From positions 27,466,001 through 27,530,000 of the forward strand of contig JBHGNT010000001.1 in assembly GCA_043228905.1 (NCBI GenBank): 64,000 nt of DNA, in the 5' to 3' direction. Positions 48,650 through 60,474 of this stretch are shown here, piece after piece. The notes under the pieces are model-generated. The model was not told where the DNA came from. It saw nothing but the letters and a program-made list of their open reading frames with translations, and did no database searches. The DNA comes from Azolla caroliniana (Eukaryota > Plantae > Polypodiophyta). The first letter of the stretch is position 1. Every line of letters begins with the position of its first letter. The position numbers were made by a program, and so were the translations under genes.

Positions 48650-51190
48650 TCAAGATGAGGAGCCAGTGAGTGTTGGGAGGTGATGATGATGATGATGATG
48701 ATGATGATCAACATAACTAATGCCACCTGTACTTATACAGCCTTTATTTATACCCACCTCATTAAGTCTAGTACTGTTGGTAATGCTCATTAAATCTTGA
48801 TGGGCATTAAAAGCCACTTGATGATCATGAATCATCAAGACTTGGCCATGGCCATGATTGGTCATGTTCTTGGCATGATGGTGATGATGATGCACGGACG
48901 TAACGGTGCTGGAGATGGGCGAGTGAGCGGGCCCCGCTTCCGCTTCCGCGTCATCGTCATCGTCATTGTCGACTCGGGGCGGCTCGTGATGATCCTCGCG
49001 TTCGGCGACGGCGGCGGCCGACTGGATGAGCTCGATGCAGAGGAGGATCCTCTTATGCTCGGATTTGGAGAGGATGGGATTAGTGGTCCGGGGGGGCATG
49101 ATGAGCTCGTGGCCGGGGGTAGGGGTGGTAACACGAGAAGCCTTCAGGTTGTTGTCGGCGGGGCCGAATGGCTTAGGCGCGTTGGCATGGGTATAGTGTC
49201 CGGATCCGGTGGGCTGGGGCTGGAGCTGGGGCTGGATGTGGGAGCGGAGGATGTCGAGGGGCGAGAGGCCGTCATCGGTGGTGGCGGTGGGGTCGGCGTG
49301 ATGGTCCAGCAGCACTGCAATCATGTCCGCGCTGCCCATCATCGCCGCCAGGTGGAGGGCCGACATCCCCAAATGCTGCTTCCCCTCCGTGCCATCATCG
49401 CCCATCGGACCCGACGGACCCGAGGAAGAGGAAGAGGAAGAAGAAGACGGGGGCCCCCGCCTCGCGATGCGGTGGTTGACATCCACCAATCCTTGCATCT
49501 CGAGGAGCGCCTTCACGACCTCGCGGCTGCACCGCATGACCGCGTAGTGCAGCGCCTCGGCCGCATTCAGGTCCACCCCCTCGCCCATCGCCATCATCCG
49601 CACCATCTCCATGTCCATGCACTCCAGGGCTTGCTTCAGCCTCATCATTTCGCTCGTCTCCGCCATCGCCATCGCCATCGCCGCCTCCGCTTCAAGGCCA
49701 CTACGATTACAGTGCCTATTGCTTGCGGTGTTTGTGCTATTCAAAGGATTCTGACTACCCATTAAGCTACTATTGTTGCAGCTGCTGCTCAATATGTAAT
49801 TGCTTCCCATGACATTATTATTATTATTATTATTCTTATTGTAGAGGTATTGATCATGATTCATGTCCGTCTGCATTATATTGCTGTTCAATATCATAAC
49901 ATTGTTGCTGATGTGATGATCATCACAGACATAGTTATAATAACTGTCGGCGTTGCAATTAAGCAAATTGCTACTAATCCTTGCTGAGCCTCCATCAAGG
50001 CCGTTTGAGAACATTAATCCATGATTTGCCAATGGATGCCTTAACATTTCGATACTGCTGATGAGCTCAGATAGGACATCGCGAGGAAGATACTTCTGGA
50101 GGAGCTCATAGTAGTAGTAGTAGTAGTAGTAGTCATTTGTAGAGGCAATAGATGAGCCGGGATTGCGTTGGGCCACCAGGAGCTCGGTTGCCGACAGCCA
50201 TAGCCGATTCAGCTTATGCTTCCTCGCAACGATGAGCACGCTCGCGATATCCTCCAACGATATACTATGATTATTACTTGCATGGCTGCCTCCATCATTA
50301 ATCTGCAGAACTAACCCTAGCTTTGCCTGTTATCACAAGAAGAAGAGAATCAATTATATAGATTGCAAATTAGGAAATTAGATTGCCTGAAGAGTTGAAT
50401 CATGAATGAATCACGAGTGTTTTACCTGGGCCAAGGTGGACAATTCATCGACTCCGAAGAAATTGGCGGCATGGATGAGCTCGAGGCAGATATGGATACC
50501 GTAGTGCACAACAGAGTAATTGTAATTGTAATTAACATTGTAGGCCATTGGATTAGCAGTGGCAGATGGTAGATTGTAGTGAAGGGGCAGTGCGGGGCCT
50601 AGTATTTCGGTAGCACACGGATCGATGATCAATTGGCCGGTGTAGATGAAGCGAAGCAAAGCGATGAATGCATCGTATGAGACTATATCTACGGGAATGA
50701 CGTCTATGTCGCCATTGATTTGAGCTGCGCCGGCCTCCAAGTTACTCAATATACCTGTCGGAGAATTGCTGGCGGGGCTCCCGGCAGTAGAAGAAGAAAC
50801 AATCTGGTTCTGGCCCTGAAGATTAGAGTGTTGTTGGTTAGGGTAGCATTGGCTCACAGAGATGCTACCGGCATAGTGATTCCGGGAGGCGGGTGGGGAA
50901 AGAGATTGAGGCGGATGAAAGGAGGAGGAGGCGGGGGAATCGCAAGATTCGGAGGAGGAGGAGGAAGAAGAGGTAGAAGAGGAAGAGGAGGAGAAGATGA
51001 GGCGGAAGAAGGGGCTGCGAGCCGACAGGATGCAGCGGTGGGCGTAGACGAGGGCATCGGTCCGGCCGTCTATGCAGAAGGCAATGTCCGCGAATCGGTC
51101 AGGGCCACAGTCCAAAAGGGTGAGGTAATCTGAAGATAAGCTCCTCAGGCTACTACTCAGCATGAATGTGGAAGGTTGGGCTACCTCCAT
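48650..51190 (-). CDS. BOP: BLADE-ON-PETIOLE-like (NPR family) BTB/POZ-ankyrin transcriptional co-regulator; exon 1 51190-50426, exon 2 50326-48650, ~813 aa
   Basis: BOP hallmarks LRSLSSDYLTLL, AHRCILSARSPFFR, IPVDIVSYDAF...FIYTGQ, FFGVDELSTLAQ, EDIASVLIVARKH...LW, MGEGVDL..AEALHYAVMRCSREVVKALLE, ALHLAA...VLLDHHADP...PLDILR, LCIELIQSAA, and C-terminal poly-His. A single phase-0 GT-AG intron (50425-50327) follows the BTB domain. An alternative in-frame acceptor is possible at 50302. Confidence 0.93.
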
Positions 51191-51204
51191 TGAGAATTCT
51201 ATAT

Positions 51205-51209
51205 ATATA

Positions 51210-51245
<36 letters not shown>

Positions 51246-51417
51246 GAGTCAGAGAGATAGATAGATGGATAGATAATTAGGGTAGACAGGTAGAAAGATT
51301 AGTGATTGTAATGGTAATGGTAATGGTCACTAACTACAACTACTATGTTTAATCTTCTTCTTCTGCTGCTGCTGCTGCTGCACTCCATGTTTGGAACCAC
51401 CAATTCACTCCTTCCTC

Positions 51418-51468
<51 letters not shown>

Positions 51469-52923
51469 CTGTATTGTTCTTTTCCTCTTCTTTTCTCTGT
51501 GCGGCTGCTTCCTGTTTGTTAAAACATGAGCTCCTTCCTATTATGAGCTATTAATATATGTATCTCTGATCTCTGTTTCTCTTATGCATATATGTATATA
51601 TATATATACACACATACACATATACATACATACATACTATGTGATACATACATACATACATACATACATACATACATACATAATGAAGGGGGGGGGGTAT
51701 GGTAAAAAGAAAACACTGTCTGTTTTTTTTACTCTACGACATAAAACATGCTCTTCTTCTTCTCTCTCTCTCTCTCTCTCTCTCTGCCTGCTGAAACTCT
51801 TAATTTTGACAGCTCAAGAAGATTCCTCTCTCTCTCTCTCTCTCTCTAGAGACTGGACTGACTCTTTCTCTCTCTCTTCCTTCCTTTCTTCTGATGAGGA
51901 CGTTAAGACATCGTCGTCGTCGTTCTTCCTTCCTTCCTTCCTTTCCTTCCTTTCCTTCCTTCTTAAAAAGATCTACCTATCTCTGTCCATCTGTGTGTCT
52001 GTGAGAGAGAGAGAGAGAGAGACAGTTAGAGAAGAGCAGTCTCTCTCTACAGGCTTCTGCTACACTCATGATTACAACTGATGTCTGAGGAACAGAAACA
52101 AAAGAAATACATGCAATGCATGCATGCATGCATACCATACATACATGCATTGAGAGTATGTATTTATGTATGTATGCCCTCATACCAATAGATGTATGTA
52201 TAGACATAGTACGTAATATATTCGAATGCATTGGCAAACTTTCTCTTTCATACGAATGCGTATGTTATCAGAACATTCTTAAGTTTTTTTTTTTTACACT
52301 TTTTACCTTAACTTTTTTTTTAATACTTTTTTTACCTTATAATAAATAATGAATACAAAAGTATGGATTTTACCATACTTCGAGGTCGGTTACCATACTC
52401 GAATGATTGAAACATTCTCGAATGCGAATACCATCATTCGAGAATGTTTCAATCATTCGAGTATGGTAACCACCCTCAATGTATATATAGATAGATAGAT
52501 AGATAGATCATAGATATATATTATCAGTTGTATGCAGCAGCTTGTCATCATGGTTATGGCATCCCCATGTTCTTGAATGCATGCATGCGTAGATCAGATC
52601 ACACATAAAATGCATGCATTTTGTGAATCATTTGATTTAAATGTGAAATGAATTTTGGGAATGAATAGTAGTGGTGGTAGTAAGTAAGTGAAGTTCATTT
52701 TTTTAGTTATTTGTGGTTTTGAGTTGGGGGATTGTTAGTTGTGTGGGTCATTGAGTAGTTTTGTTTGGTAAAAGCTCGAGCGTAGAGGCAGGGAGAGGCA
52801 CCTGCACACGGTCCACATCTCGAGTCCTTATTATTAACTATAAATACATCCATCCCCACATACATATTTAATGTTTTCGTAGTAGTGCCTTGGCACATCA
52901 TTGCAACTTCGAGACTTCAAGAG

Positions 52924-52965
<42 letters not shown>
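51205..52965 (-). promoter_or_regulatory. BOP upstream region with clustered GA/CT tracts and RY (CATGCA) repeats
   Basis: (CT/GA)n at ~51210, 51420-51465, 51761, 51826, 52003 and 52928-52962. CATGCA(TG) arrays at 52110-52150 and 52577-52620. Function is inferred. Confidence 0.45.
52388..52471. repeat. perfect inverted repeat, 37-bp arms, 10-nt loop
   Basis: GGTTACCATACTCGAATGATTGAAACATTCTCGAATG-cgaataccat-CATTCGAGAATGTTTCAATCATTCGAGTATGGTAACC. Confidence 0.98.
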
Positions 52966-52967
<2 letters not shown>

Positions 52968-53449
52968 CCATTTTTTCTCTTATGTATGCCACCAACACAT
53001 GCCTCATTCTCATGTAGAGAGCTACACAAGCCTCACCTCATAGATTAAACATTATGCTTACTTGATGACTTGTGTGTCACTTATATTTAAAATGCCGCCT
53101 GTGATGGCCATGTCTTGATGCTTTGCGTCCATGAAACTTAACATTCGAGTTGTGGTACATTAGAAAAAACTTTGCAATAACTGCGGATGACTCAACCCGA
53201 TACAATGGAGATTAAAAGAGATATAATGCCTTAAGCAGTTTTCTTTGAGGATTAGTTGTTGTTGAGGATGAAGAAGACAATGAGATCGTGATTGGGTAGT
53301 GTTGGGCCACATTGCACAAAGTTGCAAGCCATGCGCTAAAGGATGTCCAACCCTAAGCAAGATGATGTTTAAAGGCAGATGCAAAGTCTTGTCCAAAGAC
53401 ACTCAAAAGTAACATTCTCTAGACCTCAAATGATAAAGGTATTACCTTA

Positions 53450-54480
53450 ACATGAATAATATCATGGGTGGGCCTAAATATTACAAACAAAGTATATGAA
53501 GGGCATATGGAGTTTTTTGAAGTGATACTCTTAAAACATGAGAACATCCATCTAGAGTATCTTTACTTAAATTTAATGAGAATTATAATTTAATTACAAC
53601 CCCTAACAATGTGGTTATTTCATAGCCACTCTTACATCAATGGCCATCTAACATCCTTGCAATCATAACCCATATCCTTGGCCAAATTATGTATGTCTAA
53701 CAGTTGGTTTTGGTGCTCCTCACTAACCCATATGGGTTAAATGAAACTTCACGTCTTATGTTGAATTGTGGAGTGAACAAGGTGATATATTTGACACAAG
53801 CAATGCAACAAGGAAGCCCAATTTGAATGTTAGTGTTTTCCATTGCTACTCACTTTACACTTATTACATCACATAACCTATTAGGATATGAGGATATTGT
53901 CATTAGCTCGAGCACTAGAAAGTACTTTGAAAGTCATATTCCTAGAAGAATTAACCAGAATATTGGCGAAGTTTGATATTTAATTATGAAATGATTATTA
54001 TGATATGAACTTCTGTCATGGCTTTGATTCGCTATGTGTCTCATTTAAAGTTGTAATAAGTAAACTAGGATTTAGATTGCATTCATATGTGATATTGAGA
54101 TTGACCATTGATTTGTGAAATGTGACTTCCATCAATAAAGTTTGGGCTCCTATAACCTTGTTGTCACCCTTTCAAACTATTATGCCGCAATGTGGTGCCG
54201 TAAAATTGAAGTGACAGTAGTGCCCAAGTTACACATTCAATATAGATTCTTGATTCCTTCAAGAAATTTTCATTTGAAATCACTAAAGTGAGCTCTACGG
54301 AGTATGTGGAGCATTGTTTCTAAAATAAAAGGCATCAAATACGATAAGAGATGTGTGAATTGTAGACAAAACACCATGGGCTCAAATTAAACTAATATGC
54401 AACTCATCAAGCAAGGTTCAATCTTTCAAATTTGTATTGCAAATTATTGGCCTAGTGAAAGAAACTATGAGCCTGTCCTA
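53450..54480 (+). mobile_element. possible decayed L1 LINE RT fragment
   Basis: Fragments resembling ..QG.P...FSIATH near 53800-53855. No intact ORF. Confidence 0.35.
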
Positions 54481-57400
54481 TAGAACTAAATAATTAGATT
54501 TTTTTGGTTTGGCTTCTGCATGGTATGCCATTTGCATCTCTGTTCGCATTTTCGTCCAATTTGCAATTTGAGTTTGTGCCCAAATTTTGTTAGGTGTTTG
54601 CGATTGCATCTAGGTTTGGTGTTTGCACTTAAATGTTGTTAGGTGTTTGCAATTGCATCTAAGGTTGTGTTTGTGTTTAAATTTAATTGAGTAAGAAATT
54701 GCTTTCATGCAATACAACACTCATGTAAACATCATGTAGCAATCTTAACATATAAAAGGCATGTTAGACATTCTAGTCTCCTTGACATTGGCTATCAAGT
54801 CTTTTTCTTGGTGATGTTCACTTTGCTTTGCCCCATTGTTGTTCTATTCTAATCTCCCTGGGTGTTAAGACAAGATTTTACTGACGAGACTTTGATAGCT
54901 ATTTCTTTTACCATTTCTTCAAAATTGGTGATTCGTGATGAAATGACTTTGTTTATTGATTTCATGACAATCTAAAACGTCACGAAAACATTAATTCATG
55001 CACAAATTATTATCATTGAGTATTTTGTTGACTTCCGAGAACTAGTTTTTCTTTGGAGAGACAATTGAAAAATTTTCACCGTCCATGGTAAACTATATTA
55101 ATGGTCTTACAAGTGTATTCATAAATGGCATTGAAGAAATAGGTAGACCAAAGGTATATATGACCAAGAATTGTACCATTCAACCCTTTTCATTGATGGA
55201 GAGGAGACATACATAATTGCATCGCGAGTGATTGAGTGACTACGTGAATGAATGAATGAACAAGAGAGTGATTGAAGGAGCGAGTGATCAGTTGACTACC
55301 TAAGTGCATGTGTGTGTACATTCCTAAGCGAGATATTTGTGTATTCATTTGGTTGCATAATCATGGAATTCAAAGGGTAAAAGGACCAATGCCTTATTAT
55401 TCCTCGATAATATCCAATCTTATATCATTTTCACGTAAGAGGCACAAGGCATGGAGGAAAGCATATGACTAGTCCTACCTTGTGTTTCTAAAATAGGTTT
55501 GCATTTCATGACACATGACAAAGGCGATCCTATTGGACTTCACTTAAAATGGATGTCTCCATCTCTTCCCTTCTCTTTAATCCATTGCTTTCACTTTTTA
55601 GGAGCATGTTTAAACTTTTGCCTTATAGGTACATGGGTACATTGGTCTTTTGAATACATACTTAGACGTTTTACTTGTTTCATCACTTTCATAAAAAGTG
55701 CTTTTCTTTCAAACTCATTTTCATTCTTATATTGTCTCCACATTAAAATTCATGTGGCATTTTATTCTTCCCCGTCTTCTAAGAAATGCTTTGATCATGT
55801 GTAAGCCTATAAGAAGTGAGGAAAAAGTAATGTAGCCATATCAATGACCATATCTAGCATCTGCATTTGGCATTGCATTTGATTATATGAACATGCACCT
55901 ATTCTCTAACATTAATTACAATGTCACTAGCATATACTATATGATTTGTAAGTGGTTGACGACATTCAATGCTTCTTGAGATGGACATGTATAGGTAGGT
56001 TTACAATGTTCTCCATTTTTCTAAGGATAATTGCTTGTGTTAGGAATGCCTAAGGAACATATTCAATCCTAGGGTTGCAAAAAGTGAATCTATAAAGCCG
56101 TTTTTTTAGGACAACGTATCAGTTTGCATAAAGTGAATTTGTAAAGCCATTTTTTCAGGAGGAACAACTAGTTTGCACGCTCTTGGATAAGACAAACTCT
56201 GAGGAATCGTGCAAATATTGAGAAATGCATCCCAAGCAATGGAGTTTTTTATGGTATCAAACCCATTATCTCAAACTTGTGGTTTCGTGATTAACATAAA
56301 GCCAATAACCATAATTTATACCGGTATCAAAAACTATAAATAATTTGTTCCTTTCATTCACTTATGTGTGCTTATGTGAGTACAAAAAACATATGAAATG
56401 CATCCCAGCCAATGGATTTTATTATGGATGAATCTAGACCCCAAGGATACAAACCGGTGGTTTATCACTTAACCTAAGACGAATATATAAGTTTATATCC
56501 TACAATGTATGTACCAATTTTTATGGAATTTTACCTCACTCTAAGGTTACATGTAATATGATGGTTTTACTAAAAACAATAGTGGATATATGTGCATTCT
56601 AACATGGATGCATTGAGTGTGTGTGTGTGTGGTTTACATGGGTGTATGCATACATATTCGTTCATACATATGTCTTGTTTTCCATGTGTCCATTGTACTT
56701 GTATTTTCTATAAAGAGGATAAGGCTAGTCTAATTACCTAATTGGTAATGTGTAGAGGCATATACAACCGTTATATAGAGATTGCAAAGTGGTTAAGAAC
56801 TTCTTGTCTCCACACAATGACGACATTTTCATGCCTTCACAATTGCTAAAGGTATTCGCACTATATAAGTTATAGAGAAGCCTCATTGCTAATAACTCTG
56901 TCGACACAAATAGCATCTCGACCTTGATTTAAAAGTCATATATCTAAACAAACCTTTTACCTGAATTGGGGATAAGGGAGGGAACCCAAGATTTTTAAAA
57001 GCATTCGACACCCAGAAAGAGAATATGATCTTGAAGTTATAAATTTCATTAACAATTTGACGTCCATGATTTTGTTTTAATGTTTTTCTTTTGCTTGTGC
57101 ATTCTATGTTGAAGTTTTGAATGCATCCATCATATTGTCCACATCCATATTTGTGACATTTTTTCTTTAAATATCAATAATATTCTTCATGGCTAGACAT
57201 TGCATGCGTAAGGGACATCTATAAGCAAATACAAAAGAATGGATGTAGAGCTTGCAAATGTGGCAATGGCATCAAACCTATCAAAATTGTTTGCTAGAGT
57301 TTGGCGTGTTAAGGGTGATTAAGGATTTTGTTAAGGTCTCTGCAAATGAGGTTTTCCCGTAATACAAAAGGTGACAAAAACTTGCTTGGAAGTTGGAAAT

Positions 57401-57699
57401 GAAATGCCAAGTTTTGAGAAGCTTTACTTCACTTCTTCTTTTTCCAAACAAATATTCTTCATTAGTAGAATTCTGCATACATGTCGAAATGATTCGACTA
57501 AACACATTACAATGGTTGTAGCCATGATGACCTCTGAAAACCAAAAAGATATGACATGAGACATCGTACATGTAATGAACATAGAAGTTTATCCTTCGTT
57601 CGAATGTGAGCATGTCCTCTGGTTCCCCAATGAGAACAATTTTCCTTTGTTTTCCTTTAACCTATTCTCCACCTTGGAATAAAACCCAGTGGGCCCCCT

Positions 57700-58440
57700 T
57701 GGTTAGCCCACAACTATCCTCTCCCATAAACCGACCATCTCCTTCATCTCCACAACCATCAAGAATATACTTTTATGAAACCTCCACACCATCAACACTC
57801 AACTTTATCACAACCTCAAGAAGCATTGTTCATGTTCCCACATCAGGCATGTCAGCGATTACCACCAAAATCATGTACCTATAACAACAAAATGATATAG
57901 TGTCCTCATCTCCTCAAGAAAATATGCTTCGACCCCCACACCATCTTCACTCATTCTTATCACAAAACAAAAATTTGCTCCATTCAGTTCGCATCAACCA
58001 TCTCGCCAATTACCACCAAAGTCCTGTACGAACAACAACAAAATGAGTCTCGAAAGTTTCCTCGTCTCCTCATGGTATGCTTCGGCCCCCACACCATCAT
58101 CACTCATGAACATCATTTAGTCCACATCAACCATCTCGCTCTCGTCGATTATCACCAAAAAAAATTACCTACAAAAACAAAATGAGAATCCTCTCTACCT
58201 CTGCTCATGGAAATATGCTTTAATCCCCAATGCCATCATCACTCATCCTTATGAGAAACATAAAATCAGCTTCATTCAGTCCACATCAACCATCTCACTA
58301 ACCATCTTGCCATCTCGCAGATTACCACCAAAATCTTGTACTGACAATAACAAATGAGCCTAAAAATAAAATTTCCTCACCTTCTCGTGATAATATGCTT
58401 CAACCCCCACACCATCATTACTCATCCTGATCAAAAAACA
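57700..58440. repeat. degenerate ~140-175-bp tandem repeat (4-5 copies)
   Basis: ATTA(C/T)CACCAAA at ~57858, 58009, 58148 and 58321, each followed by ACAAAATGA...ATATGCTT...CCCCACACCATC.TCACTCAT. Confidence 0.85.
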
Positions 58441-58537
58441 AAAAATCAAAAGCTTTACTTCACATTCTTAAAATGCCCTTAGAACTAACTCAAAATTGGG
58501 GTTAACTAAGGTAGAATCTCTTGTATATAAAAAGAAC

Positions 58538-59171
58538 TAGCAATGGGCCCGGTTTTGGCTCAAATCGAACCGAACCGTTAAGCCATGGTTTAATAGTTTA
58601 TCGGTTCCAAAAAAAATTTAATGGTTTGGTTTGGTTTGGGTTATAAATAAACGGTTCAATTTTGGTTTGGTTTGGTTCTAATAGTCAAGTTTATTGGTTT
58701 ATAGGTTTGGTTTAAAAGTTTATGGATTTTTGGTGAACTTTTCCCCCCACTTAATGGTTTATTAATTTAATGGTTTAATTAATGTTCTTTTATTGATTTA
58801 ATTAATGCTTATTTAATTTAATGGTTTAATAAATGTTTTTTATTTATTTAATACATTTAACTTAAATGTTTATTTAATTTAATGTATTTTTGTTTGTTTA
58901 GTTTTTTAATTAGTTTGACTTAAGTGGTTTGGTTTAAATTTTTTATTGAATGGTTCGGTTTGTTTTCAAAATTTTCCCTAAACGGTTTGAGTTTGAATGG
59001 TTTGGTTTACTTTTCTTAAATGGTTTGGTTTACTTTTCTTAAATGGTTTGGTTTAAATTGCTTGAGAGTTCCTAAACGGTTTGGCTTGGTTTTTGTTTTA
59101 TTTAAATGGTTTGGTTTGGTTTCAAGGCAAAGAAACCAAACCAAACCGAAACCAAATCGGGTCCATTGCTA
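58538..59171. mobile_element. hAT-type MITE (non-autonomous DNA transposon)
   Basis: TIRs TAGCAATGGGCCCGGTTT / AAATCGGGTCCATTGCTA (16/18), near-matching flanks AAAGAAC / TAAGAAC, AT-rich core with many (A)AACC(G/A)/TGGTTT subterminal repeats. Confidence 0.85.
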
Positions 59172-59973
59172 TAAGAACTAACTAGTTGGAATGAGGTGCA
59201 TATCATATAGACCTTGAGGGTTTCAAGCAAAATAACATTATATGTATACATTTGCATACTTATATTATCTAAGTATTTATGTATACATAATTGAAACATA
59301 TGGGGAATGTAAAGTTCCACAAGTAACATATTTGGTTGGCCTTAAGGCTTGAATTATGTAACAAATAGAACATCATGTGTAAAACAAAACAAAAAAGTAT
59401 TTGTGTATGTGTATGTGTTGGAATACATGTATTATTTGATGATCCTTGTACCCACAATGCATAATGTCCATAACTTTGATCAGTTCAAGATATGCATTAC
59501 TTTTGCAAACGATTACTATGAGAACCTTACAAACCTTTTATGAGATATCTTGTCATACTTAAACTTTAAAGTAATCGACAAATAAGACTCAAAGCTAATC
59601 CTCTTGCTACAAGGGATAAGTGCAAGAAGAACATAAAAGGCCCACATATAAGGATTGATACATTCTATATGCATTGCCACTTTAGCAACCTGTGTAAAAC
59701 AAAAAGTCATTACAAAACTGCAATTCACCATATGTCGGCTCGTAGAAAAGAGGTACCAAAACTACCTCGTCATCCCATTCAAATTAATAATAGCACCAAA
59801 TTTTATGGGAATTAACATATCATTATGGATGCATGTGAGAGAGAGAGGGAAAGTATTTCAAGGTGAAAGGATGTTTCTTTGTACATACCCTACTCATAAG
59901 GGCCAAGACAAGATGGCACTAATGTTATATTTTGGCAACAATGTGGCCTATAAATAAGGGGTCGTTTTAAAGA

Positions 59974-60446
59974 TGTTAAGAGACTATTACTAATCAATAG
60001 ACCAAAGTAAAGTAAAAGAAGGAAAATATATTGGATAGAAGAACCCGTTCCACCCGACCACCCCCGAGCTATGATCTAGACATAGCCAACCTACCACCGA
60101 CATCCCATACCGTCGGATATTAGGATGACTAATACCTTGGAAGAGATAAACACGATCGTCGAGACGAAAGCCTAGCCTACACCACCAATGTCTAAGACAA
60201 CAACCTTCCGACGTAATGTCCTTATGAGGGTAGTTAAGCCTCATATCTATATCTTTTCCTAGGCCCCTTTAATAGATGTGTCTTTCTAAAAGGCCCTCCA
60301 TTCATTGGTTGTCCAAATCATGATAGTGCATGCACCTATAATTCCTTCTATCTGATCATTAGTCCCCTTTTTAACATTAGTGAACATACCCTTCACTAAT
60401 GTAAATATTAGTGACCTACCCTTATCAACGTTATGTGTACATAACA
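59974..60446 (-). repeat. 3' LTR of the chromovirus (~473 bp)
   Basis: TGTTA...TAACA termini. Minus-strand PPT GAAGTAGGGGAGTA (60460-60447) abuts it, just after the pol stop. Confidence 0.75.
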
Positions 60447-60474
60447 TACTCCCCTACTTCAAAAGATTGCACTC

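Noticed and set aside
48797-51133. Long plus-strand ORFs (322 aa and 137 aa) antisense to BOP
   Set aside because: Shadow ORFs of GC-rich codon usage on the coding strand, with no independent protein features.
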